This document shows, piece after piece, positions 1 to 11,673 of a DNA stretch of 64,000 bases. Below the pieces are notes generated by a model that worked only from the letters and a program-made list of their open reading frames with translations, had not been told where the DNA came from and did not search any database. A program made the position numbers and the translations under genes. Location of the stretch: the NCBI RefSeq assembly GCF_026571515.1, contig NW_026865402.1:186001-250000 (forward strand), written 5' to 3'. The DNA is from Ruditapes philippinarum. Lineage: Eukaryota. How positions within the stretch are numbered: the stretch's first letter is position 1; the number at the start of each line of letters is the position of its first letter.

Positions 1-276
1 AAATTGTTCACTATATATTCTATATAAGGAAAAAAATCAAAGGGCCATAATTAGGTCAAATATTATCCAATCGCAAAACCCCGACAATATGCACCAGGGC
101 ACTTGATGACAAAGCTTCTGTGAAAGTTTGGTCAAAATCCGTTGAGAAATGTAGAAGGAGTTGCGCACAGAAGAAATTGTTTACGCCCGCCCGCCCACCC
201 GACCGTCCGCCCATCCGCCCGCCGACATACCTCAATCTAATAACCAGTTTTTTCCTTCGGAAAACCTGGTTAAAAA
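1..276 (+). mobile_element. 3' part of a Helentron-associated (HINE/pearl-like) element
   Basis: Core-repeat remnant, (CGCC)n microsatellite 184-225 and terminal hairpin TAACCAG...CTGGTTA followed by an A-run. Confidence 0.7.
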
Positions 277-1170
277 TCTTTGCTAGAGTTATGAATCTTG
301 GATAGTGACCTATAATAATAATATGTATATGTAAAGCATTAAGTAAGGGATAAAGTTACTAACACAACCATAACCCAATTTCAATGGCAGCATGAGAACG
401 ATAGCATCATTTTTTTTGTCACTCACATTTGAAGTTCAAAAAGTTTGAAATTCAAATAGAATTCTATTTAAAAGACCCTGGGACAATATACTTAAAAAAC
501 ACACTAAAATTTTTCATAAGGAAACAGAGAGCTCATTGTGCACCATTGATATATAAAACTTATATTTGTTTAGAGATGGTAGAATTGCAAGTATGCTAAA
601 ATAAAATATTATAAAACCAGGATATAATTTGTTTGGCCAGGGTAGAAATGGGATGACAAATTTACCTAAACTTGGTCTGGATTGTCTATAGATGTCAAAA
701 TAAATTTACAAAAAAAAGCCCAGAAAGGAAGTGAAATCAAAACAGCACATAATATACCAGGGTGAAAATTGATTGGGAAAAAAGGCACACGAGTGCATGA
801 TTAACCAATAAAAAGGATTTGAATAACTATAGGCATTGAACAGTGATATCCATCAATAACCCTAAAATAACATTTTTTCTAGCCATCAAACATATTTTTT
901 TCCCTCCCTATCACTGACTGCTAGTTTGTTTTATTAAGTACAGGTAAAATATATCAAAACTGCCAAAGATAATAAGCTAGATAGTGCATCTGTATTTTTT
1001 CTATTACCAGTTTAAATAAACACCAATTTAAAACAAACTTCAAAGGTTAACTACAAGAAAAACATATCAAACGATAATTTTCTAGGTACAAATTACAGGG
1101 TAGACGATTTTTTTGTTATTTCTGACAACATTTCACATCACAACAGACAGTCATAAAAGTACCAGTCTAC

Positions 1171-1330
1171 CTGTAATATCAATCACTTTTGAAATGTAAA
1201 AGACTGTAAACCAGTCTATTTTTTCTCTTGAATTTTGATTGGTTTACCTGACAGATTTCTGGATGGTTCCCAGATTTTTACAACTCTTTCATGTCAGTTG
1301 CACCTTTCAACAGTGTACCTCTGCCAAGCT
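1171..1330 (-). other. Putative next leader exon of the same minus-strand transcript (alternative donor at 1247)
   Basis: Acceptor ATTTTCAG| at 1331-1333; donors CAG|GTAGAC (1169-1170) or CAG|GTAAAC (1246-1247). Less AT-rich than its flanks. Confidence 0.45.
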
Positions 1331-1950
1331 CTGAAAATATTTTTTTTTACGAAAAATGTTAATAAAGAAATATTTTGGGGCTTGTATAATCATAAATGAA
1401 AACATGATCTCTCAAAGGATCCTACCATGCTGACAATGTAGTCATAATTTGTGATAATATTGTCAAATGATCTTGGCTATTATGAACAAATGATTTCCCC
1501 AAAGCTGCTGCAATCATTTTTTTTTTTAGTATTGTAACTTACTCTGTAATATTCTGCACAAAATATTTTGGCAAGTGAGTTAAAGAATGGCAATAAATTT
1601 CATGGAAATGTAATGATTTTCAAGCTAAGTCAACATAATTGTAAGTACAATGTATAGTAGAATGCCAAGTGTGTCTTCATCTCATATTCAGTACAGCAAA
1701 GAAGCTTTTCTGCTCTTAAATACACTGTAGACTTTTGCCTGATGAGAATGCCCTGCTAAGTTTATGTAACTCTTTATCACATGCCTGTGCTGGTTTTGCG
1801 ACTCAGTAAAAATGGCATTGCACAGCCGTACATATATTTTGACATGACGTCATTTGTGCGTTAAAACTTGCTAAATGTTAATGATTTTAAAAGTTCAGTA
1901 TTTTCTCCTTAAGTTCATTGGAAAAAATTCTCTAAATACCGGAACCTCTG

Positions 1951-2763
1951 CAGACATTTTCACAAAAAATCTTACGATAATTTTTTGTCGTAAGAGAAAT
2001 CTTACGATAAATCTCCTTTTCACAAAAAATCTTAAGAAAATCTTAAGTGCAAAATTTGTCGTAACTTTACGATAGGTCTTCCCCGTTCGTAAGTGTATTT
2101 TTTTCTCTCTTAAAGGTAAAATATCATGTATCTCTTACCTAAACTGAATAAAAACAAACAAAACGTTGAAGGACAACTAAATATTAAGCAAACAGTATGC
2201 TATAAATAACACAAATTGAGGTATAATTATTTTTCAACATATACATTTGTGACGTCATGACTTGATGACGTCACGATGGAGAGGGTTATGAATAGTTTAA
2301 AATAATGTGAACTATACTGTAGACTAGTATTATTGAAAACTTATAATTTGTACAATTGGTGAGTTCGATTTCATTGCCAGCATGTACAAGGGGTACCTTT
2401 TTATTTATTAATAACATAGTAGACCTTCTTTCTGAATCTTTTAGATACTTCAATCAAGATATAAATTATATCAGTTTGAATCATTTTTTTGTTCTTATTG
2501 AAATTTGATTGTGTTCAATAGATACTTCAAGCTCTTTATTACTTGATTTTAAAACCGGAATCAAATATAGAGCATGCACATCACTATCAAATGACCGTTG
2601 CTAGGGATGTTTTTGTCGTAAGATTTATCGTAAGTGAATTTTTTATCTTAAGATAAAATTTTAACTTACGAGTGGCTTTGTGAAAATGACTTAAGATTTA
2701 ACTTACGATTATCGTAAGTGAAAAACTTAAGATAAATCGTAAGATTTTTTGTGAAAATGTCTG
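1951..2763. mobile_element. PIF/Harbinger-like MITE nested in an older CAGT...ACTG (Tc1/mariner-like) MITE ending ~2916
   Basis: 28-bp perfect TIR CAGACATTTTCACAAAAAATCTTACGAT; 3-bp TSD CTG (1948-1950, 2764-2766); subterminal CTTACGA/TCGTAAG repeats. Confidence 0.8.
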
Positions 2764-3732
2764 CTGAATTCTGAAAACTGGGCGATTTTCTATGGGTATT
2801 TATTGTAACAAAGTTATTTTTCAAACATATCATAATTATCAATAAATGTATAAAATCTCTGAAAACCGGACTTTTGGTTAAGGCCGGACAGGGTCCGGTT
2901 TTCAGAGTTTTTACTGTATAATTTTATTCAACTCATCCAATAAACTCAGTATTGAACTAACACTTATTCAATATCCTCTTTTTATTTTAATTAACATTTT
3001 AAGTTAAATGGATTTCAAAATCACTAATCTATAAAAATAATCAGCCAACAGTATAGGACCTGATCAGACTGCTGGATCATCAGCTTGGCCTGGCTTTATA
3101 ATGGTGGTTAAGGCTAATCAGTGCATTAACTACAGACTGAACCTACATCACACCGGCCTAGCACAAGCTGGACACAATTGCCACTTGTTCTGAAATTGTA
3201 ATCTGTATTAATCAGATATGTAATACATGTATTATGTTTTACTACTATAATAAAAGCATCAAAGCTGAAGTTTCAGTGAATACTATAAAGTGTCAATCTT
3301 GCTCATCAGATTATTACTGGGTTGAAAAATCCCTAAATACGTAAAAGTATTAGTTTGTATACTTCACTCACTATTAATTCGCAATAAATGACCCTTTTTA
3401 CTTTTTTACCATGTCAAACTCATACATTTGGGCCTTTAATTTAGAACTGCTCATAATATTCATCGTTTATAGCATTCAAAGAGCAAACAGAACAGTTCTG
3501 TTCAATTTCTTCCAATTATACAATGAAAACTTATGATAAAATTCTTTTCCAATATTTTTATCACTAAACAATAATAAGAGGCATTGTTCCTGTTTTTAAT
3601 AAAAAAAGTAACAAATTGAATTAATTGCAAAAAAAACTAAACAAATAAAACTTCGCTGTTATTCATTAAAGCTATAAATATTTACACACTTTTTTTTGCT
3701 GTCTAAGCATTCATTTCTTTCATTTGTCTTAC

Positions 3733-3870
3733 CCTCGTATTGACAAGACGATTGTACCCTATCTTTGCGATCATGGTAGTTCAAGGTCCACATTATTGTG
3801 CTCTAACACTTCAACAAATAACTTGGTCCCATTCTTCTCTCAAGTGGTAGAAAACAGTAGTCATTGTTCA
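3733..3870 (-). other. Putative 5'-leader exon with four upstream ATGs of a minus-strand gene running off the left edge
   Basis: Strong acceptor TTTTTTTGCCTTTCAG| at 3871-3873 and donor GAGG|GTAAGA at 3731-3732. All three frames contain stops when read from the acceptor. Confidence 0.5.
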
Positions 3871-4155
3871 CTGAAAGGCAAAAAAAATGAAATTACAAGC
3901 AATAAAACAAATCCAACGCCCAATTATATAACACATAAATACTTAGAAGTATTTTCTGTGATTTAAATATAAAATATATTTCTTACTTTTCAAAGATACT
4001 CATAAAACAACTTGTCTCTAAATAAATTGTTAATGCACTTAAAACAACAGATTTAGGAACAAAAGATCAAAGATTATTATTAAAAATCTAAATTAAAATA
4101 AAACCAATTTCATTTGTGAAATTACTGAAAATAAAAAAGTTTTACATGTATAGTA

Positions 4156-4943
4156 AACTAGAACTCCACGAGTCGGATGTGTCGCCTTGTGAACAATATA
4201 GTTTAGGAGAAATGGCCAGGACAAAAATGAAATTTGAAAATCAACAAAGGGCAATAACTCAAAAAATAAGAAATGCAGAGCAGCAGTTTCTGTGCACTGC
4301 ACTTCTTATCAATAAGATCTATCATCCTATTAAGTTTCAAGTCTAAAGCTCTTATAATTTATGAGAAATGGCCTGGACAAAAATAAAGTATGAAAATTAA
4401 CAAAGGGCAATAACTCAAAAAATAAGAAATGCAGAGTACCAGTTCTTGTGCACTGCACTTCTTCTTAATGAGATATATCATCCTATGAAGTTTCAAGTCC
4501 ATAGCTTTTATACTTTAGGAGAAATGGCCCGGACAAAAATAAAGTATGAAAATTAACAAAGGGCAATAACTCAAAAAATAAGAAATGCAGAGTACCAGTT
4601 CTTGTGCACTGCACTTTTTCTTAATGAGATCTATCATCCTATGAAGTTTCAAGTCCATAGATTTTATACTTTAGGAGAAATGGCCCGGACAAAAATAAAG
4701 TATGAAAATTAAAAAAGGGCAATAACTCGATAAATAAGAGTTGCAGAGTACCGGTTCTTGTGCACTGCACTTCGGGTGATTATAAGAAGCATGCATACCA
4801 AGTTTGAAGTCAATCTAATTTATAATGACTGACTTATACTCCGGACAAGCTTAAGGGGACGCCGACACAGACGCCGACAACGACGACAACAACGCCGACA
4901 AAAGTAACTCCTATATGTCGCCTTTTTCAAGGCGACACAAAAA
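4156..4943 (+). mobile_element. HINE-like element with ~4 x 156-bp internal tandem repeat
   Basis: Sub-terminal IR TGTGTCGCCTT / AAGGCGACACA, 3' hairpin TGTCGCCTT..AAGGCGACA, units at 4246/4402/4558/4714, GACGCC/GACAAC microsatellite 4858-4900. Confidence 0.85.
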
Positions 4944-7900
4944 TGAATACCAAGACAATGGAAACTGTCAAGAAGAACTAAAGTCATGTGACAAAAGTTA
5001 AGAAAATGATTCTCTCAGTACAACAAAAAGCCTGAACATCCACATATTACCTAAACTTTTTTGACAAGTCCTTAGATTTTTATACCCAAACAATAAAATA
5101 TTTGACAGCATACAAATTAACCATCAAAGAAATATAATTCAAACTTTAAATCATGAGTTCAGTCTTCAAAAAAAGGCTATATTATACAAATATATCATCA
5201 AAAACTGAATAGATCCTAAGCTTAAACTGTGAAAAAACTCATCTGTTCTTTGCATAAAATCCTAAAACACTCAATCTTAATTGCTTTTTCCATAAAAACT
5301 TTGATAAGAAAATGACATGTGTACATTTTTGTACAATTATCAGCAGGATTTTCTTGTGTTTTTTGTTCTGTAGTAAATTTTGACAGATGTCATACAGCAG
5401 TAAAGTAATAGATATTTCATTTGCTACAACATAATGAAAAGTACTTACATAAAGGGAGAAAAAATAAAATTTAATTTGGCAATTATATTTAGAAAATATG
5501 TATGGTGTTAGGGTACCATAATCTGTGATCTTGGAAAATGACATTTAGTTATTTTCAAAGGTTTAAAAGTCCTAAAGTAGGCAAATAATTTCAAATACAT
5601 GTTTTAACAAAGAGAATCTTAAACAAAACAAATAAAAAATATGTTTGTTAAATCATTGAGATAATATTTATTTACAGAAGTGATTTAATTCTATTTTGAA
5701 TTACACAGACCAATATGTGAATCTGAATTAATTTAATACTCTTCTATGAACCATATTCTTTTCATGTATTCTGTAATTGAGGTTATGCTAGCAATATTGT
5801 AAAATGTTCAATGCTTATTAAAATAAAATACTATTTTGTTTAGAACAACATAAAACCTATATTTATGAAACACCTTCTAATGAAAGAATTGACAGAACTT
5901 TGATTAGAATCTGTTAAATAAGACAGACCTGGACTGAAATTGTGTTTTTTGATGATGCGAATGCATATTTGATTAAATTTTAATTTTCACAATAGTAGGG
6001 ATGGCAACAAGTACTGGTACTTAATCATTCTTCTGATGGGGTGACTCAGTCATTCAGATGATATCTTAGAACTTAAAAAGTGTACAACCACATACAATCT
6101 AAAGATAAATCTATCTTCCACCTCTGTCAGTCACAAGAATGAAGACGGTAATATAATAATGGCATTTTCCATAATCTATTTCTATTCTGATACACAGTAA
6201 ATTTAAAGAATGTGTCTTTAAAAAAAAATTAAAACCCCATTGATTTGGGTTTAAAAGTACAATGTCTTGTGAGATTTATAGTAAATCATCTAAAAGAAAT
6301 CACACAATATTAGTGGGAAAACATTCTCTATCACACATGTCATTTACCAGGTAGATACAAATCTGTATAGTGCATGTCTACACACAGGTTTGACTGTATC
6401 TCTTCAAGAATCTAACAAAATCTCTTGTAATACTTGCAGATACTGAGATAAGTATCAGAACTACAAGGTAAATGACAGAAAATTACATTAACAGACAAAC
6501 CATCTAGAGTATTATAACAATGCTGGAAGGTCTATCATAATTCTATTTTTTTTCCTACAGGTAAGAACAAAGTAATTTTACAGTCATTAAGTATGACATT
6601 GCGGCTTGACTTTTTATATCTGTAAAAGAAATTAACCTTGAAACTTACTTCTGATGTTGATCAACAATACATTTCATGAGCGTAGCTTCCTTTACGCCCA
6701 AAAGCCCAAGCTTTCAAATTATTTTCCCGATTTTACTTTTCTTCCAACCATTAATTAATAGCAGTATTTAAATATGTCACTAACAGCTGTATTTAAATAT
6801 GTCACTTTTTTTTCTGAAATGTCCTGTTCCTTTGCTGTTTCTGTAAAAAGTGACTTACAATTAAACTATGTTAACAACCATTGGCCTGTAGTCAGATTGT
6901 ATGAAAAAATTTAGAAAACAACTGGAATCAAATGGATATCAGAATGCCCGACAACCCGTACCTGAAAATGCAGAAGCTACTAGGCTTAAAACGTCCAAGG
7001 CATTTCAGGTTTACATATCACAGATTCCTCCTATAAGCAGGAATATGCTGGGAAATATACAAATGTTTTTAGGAGGAAAACAGCTAGGGTAGAGGGAAAA
7101 AATCCGCCCATGAAAATTTAACCATTAATTAAGACTGGATGATTACCTTCCTTTAAAATATAATTCTCTCCTTACAGAGTATTTCCCCTTTAATGAATAC
7201 ACTAACTATGCTATCAACTGATAAGAATTAATTTACTGGCAAGGTAACTGAAACCTCTGTAAACACCATTACCATCATTAGATCATTTTGATACAAGCAT
7301 GTAGGTAAATCATGTTAAGGTGTATATTCATTCTGAGGTTATTTCTATGTTATCATAAATTCATTACCATGTTAATTTAATGATTAAATTTCTGTCAACA
7401 ACTTTCCTGTGATTAACTTGCATGCTAGGAATTTGTTTACATGCCTGTAAATATTTACACTTAAAGATAGGAGAAAAAGAATTAAAATTCTAGTTAAAAA
7501 CAAGATTGCATTTGTGAAAAATGCTATGTCACCGCATAAATACAACACTACAAAATAGTAATGTAGGAACAGAATTTTTTTGTTTCTATACAAATGAAGA
7601 TTACCATTGTGCATAGATCACTGACCTATCTAATTCTTATTATTAGGTTAGTGGTTAAATCTATTGTTATTCAAATAAAAGATCAGAGTAGGAATCTATC
7701 AATGCAGTTGAGTCTTGTGAATTTGGTGGTGAAGGTCATATTTCACATGGCCAAAATTCCATGACTGTACACAGTAAGACACTTTGTCAAAATCTAGGCT
7801 AGCTGATATCAAAGTTCACTTTACATCTTAATCTGTGCACATGATTCAAATTTCATAGCTGCACATTAAAGGACAAAAAAGTATATCACATCATCAAAAT

Positions 7901-8000
7901 CTAGGTCACCTGATATCAAAGTTCAATTTTACAAATAAAAATGTGCACATAGTCCAAATTTCATGGCTGTACATCAAAGGACAAGAAAGTAGGTCACTGT

Positions 8001-8491
8001 TAGTGATGGAAATCAGATGAAATTTGTCCCAATCGATCATCGGTTCAGTCGGATGGGACATAATCGATAACTTTCGAATAAAGTCGCGTTAAAAAGAAAT
8101 AGGGAAGTAACATTTCTTACCAACGCACTTGATAATATTTAGTAACACGAACTCCATTAAGCACTTTTCAACACAGTTTTAGCCTTATATAGTCATAATT
8201 TTACGAAATAGATTTTATTTTTCAATGGATGTCAAATAATACCATTCACATCACATTATATTACTATTGTTTAAATCTCTTATTGATCCTATTCAACTCC
8301 AAATTGTCTCTGAGATGATTTTTTGCATTCGGTGAGGTGTTCCAAAAAGAAAATTAACGTCAGAATTAATTCCCTTTGATACTTTAAACGTTTTCGACGA
8401 CGTCGCGGAACAAATTTTTGTGAATCGATTATTGTCGTTTTACATAACAGTAACTGATTGTCGGCGACTTGCGACAATCGGAACATCACTA
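8001..8491. mobile_element. hAT-type MITE inserted into a HINE-like fragment (~7780-8920)
   Basis: TIR TAGTGATG...CATCACTA; perfect 8-bp TSD GTCACTGT (7993-8000, 8492-8499). Confidence 0.85.
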
Positions 8492-9807
8492 GTCACTGTC
8501 CCCTTGGACAAGGCAAAATTTTAACCTAAGGGTTTAATTCAAACAATCTTGATACAGGTCCACCAAACAACATTTCATGTCAAATAGCTAAGCTGTAGCT
8601 TTCTCCAATTCAGAAAAAAATTTGTTTAAGTTTCTGTTTTTACTACATGTATGTGTACATAATGAAAATCAATGCCCTCGGGCAGGGCCAATTTTGACAA
8701 ACAGGGGCAAAATTTGAACAACTTTGGTAGAGGACCTATGGATGATATTATAAAGCAAACACCAAAGCTCTAAGCCTTGTACCTTCAGACAATAAGATTT
8801 TTTAATTTTTTACTATATGTACATAGTGAAAATCAATAACCCCCAGGGAGGGGCAAATTTTGACCCCAGGGCTATAATTTGAACAATCTTGGTATAGGTT
8901 CACTACACAAAGTCTCATGGTTAGAGTTTAAGATCACAATTATGGCAACTTTGATTGATAGTACCTGTGAAGAGAGGTCACTGACCTTCTACAAGAATGA
9001 TTGATTAAACTTCTTCACATGGAATAATTCATTGTCTTCAGCCAATTTTGAAACCATAAAGGTGAAGGCCTACATGCTGATCAGATTTTTTAAACCACAA
9101 TATATCTTCTGTCTTACACAATCATGTATTAATTATCTGATAAATTCATAATATAAAAAACTAGTTTGAAAGTAGCTGCCTGTAAATGAATACCTGTAAT
9201 TCTCTACCAAAAAGTGCATATAAATTTGTTCTACAAGTTCTCTTATGGCCGAGCTGAGTCATCAACTAAGCTATTTCATTTTCTTTATGCCAATCTTTCT
9301 ACAATGTTTATATATATAATGGCAAACTTCTGGAAATAAAAGAAAATGACCACATACAGTACATTATGTGTATAAGAAAAGATTAGATAAATTCATTTTG
9401 CACCAAATGCTTATAACAAGTCATGTGCTCACAAAGTATTTTGGACTGTCTTTCAAACTCTGTCAATTACAGAACAAGTAAATACATGGCAAGTTAGATA
9501 AATCCATCCTTCTTTAGATTATTTGAGATACAATAGATTGCTTCTGAGCTGTTTTTACAATATTTTTCACACCTTCTTATTAAAAAAGAAATGAACAATG
9601 ACATGTCAATCAATTCAAGAATAAAGCCTTAAAGGTGTTATAGTGCATTTTAGTTTAAGGCATGCATCATTACATAAAGTTTATCTTAATAATCTAAAGC
9701 GGAATAAAATATCACTGATAGCCTTTATATAATTACAATTTCCCCATTGAAAAATTCTTACCTTTTATTTCTTTATTTTTGTAATATTCTTCATTTTTCT
9801 CAATGAA

Positions 9808-11120
9808 ATAGAGGATATTTGTTTAGTTCAGTGTAAGATCGGAATATATTTCACCGAGTGAGCACCAAAAGGTATATTTCACGAGTGGCGCAGCCACGAG
9901 TGAAATATGAACTTTTGGTGTTCACAAGGTATAATATATCACCAAAAATAAAACCATAATTAAACACAAATATATGCTCCATGGCCAAGTCCTAGAGTCT
10001 GTTACAAAGGCTAAATATCTCGGACTAGATCTATCTGCTGACCTTAAATTTAATACACATATATCTCGAATAACTTCCAATGCAAACAGATCCCTTGGCT
10101 TTACTAAAAGAAATGTCATTACTAAAAATGAGAAAGTGAAAGAACTAGCATACAAGTCCCTGGTCCGCCCACAGGTTGAATATGCCTCAACTATTTGGTC
10201 TCCTTACACTAAAACCAATATTGACAAAGTTGAGATGATCCAGAGACGTGCAATAAGATGGGTTAAAAGGGATTACTCCCCTCACTCTAGTGTCACAGCC
10301 ATGCAGGAAGAACTGGGCTGGCGATCCCTTGAACATCGCAGATTGGACTGTAGACTGATAATGTTTTATAAGATATACCATAACCTAGTTGCAATTAATC
10401 TCCCAACATATGTTCCAACCCCACATAGATTAACCAGACATATGCATCTCTTATCTCTTCCCTCATAGCATTATACTATGGAATAAACTTCCTAGTAACA
10501 TTGCCACCCTGCCCAACCTGAGTCAGTTCAAACAGACAGTGGTGGGTTTGCAGTACTAGTCTTACTCCAAGTGTTTTTAAACTATTTTATCTCTTATCAT
10601 CTTGTTTCACTATTAACATTTTAACCATGACTAGAATACATTTTCAGTCTCACCTTTCAAAGCATGTCAATGTTTGGACTTTTCTTTTTTAGTTTTTCTT
10701 TTCACCTTTTACTAACAATCCGACGTGCACTAAATTCCTGCCTTTAACACTCATAAGAGGAGTTGGCAGTATCCAGAGATAGATAGATAGGTGAAATATA
10801 TTTCGATCTTACACTAAACTAAACAAATTTTCTTTTTATTATATGCAAAGAAACGTTTTAAAAAGACATTAATTAAACCTAAATACTGAATGAAAAGCGT
10901 GCCATATAATAATACAATGTGACGTCATTTAATTATGACGTCACGTCATAAAGTTGGTTCCCAGTACTGTGCACGCTGGTATTTCACTGAAACAACGTAA
11001 GGGGCTTAAATTCAAAACAGTGAAATTATCAAATTGATAATTTCACTGTTTAAAACAGTGAAATTACCATTTTTATTTCACTGATATATTTCTATAAACC
11101 ACCGAAAAGCATGTAATAAA
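9808..11120 (+). mobile_element. Palindromic non-autonomous element (Crypton-like, tentative), interrupted by a LINE
   Basis: Starts ATAGAGGATATTTG, has a long hairpin centred on CACGAGTGGCGCAGCCACGAGTG and ends GAAAAGCATGTAATAAA. Same architecture as 42994-45931. Confidence 0.6.
9931..10788 (+). mobile_element. 5'-truncated CR1/L2-group LINE (RT C-terminus, 3'UTR, (AGAT)n tail)
   Basis: ORF 9974-10468 has KYLGL...AYKSLVRPQVEYASTIWSPY...VEMIQRRAIRWV...LGWRSLEHRR. A frameshifted continuation FPHSIILWNKLP runs to ~10559. AGGT duplication at 9927-9930 and 10789-10792. Confidence 0.9.
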
Positions 11121-11416
11121 TGCTTTTCTTTCTGAAGGGTTGCAAAGTTTGTATAAACCTGTTTAACAATAATCTAAATCAGCTTGAAAAAAGTTTTTAT
11201 CGGGAACTCAGCATGTGGGTTTTTCGGCCTCTTCTTATATATCGAAAAAGAGTCATGGAGCTAAATATAATATTTATATATCTGTGATAGAGTACAGTAC
11301 TGTAACACAGTAAATCGTAAAGTAAGTTAAAATAATTGTTCATTGAATTGTTTAAATTGCATCGTATCGTATTGAAATCAATTAAAAAGTCAATAATAAG
11401 TTTTTCCAGGTTCTAC

Positions 11417-11673
11417 CTGTGAATTAATTGGAGCACGAAAACATGTGCGTTCTGGATCTGGAAAACCCTTCGTGTAAAAATAGAAACAATTAAAGTATTG
11501 ACTGGGTACACGATTTTCCGACCAATCGGGAACGCTCTACTTTAACAACTTTCTAACCAGTCACGGAAGTTTACGTTGTTGCCTAGGTATGTAAACTTCC
11601 GGTTAATTAACAGGTGTTTTAAGCAAGTTTCGATTTGCACAAAAATTTAGTTGGATACCGGCGAACAACAGAA
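11417..11673. promoter_or_regulatory. Probable bidirectional promoter (DHHC gene on +, uORF-bearing transcript on -)
   Basis: CpG-enriched. CCAAT box (~11522), two opposed ETS/GABP-type motifs CGGAAGT (~11564) and ACTTCCGG (~11595), and a candidate minus-strand donor CAG|GTAGAA at 11415-11416. Confidence 0.5.

Noticed and set aside
9974-10468. 164-aa ORF as a host gene
   Set aside because: It is a truncated, frameshifted LINE reverse-transcriptase C-terminus.
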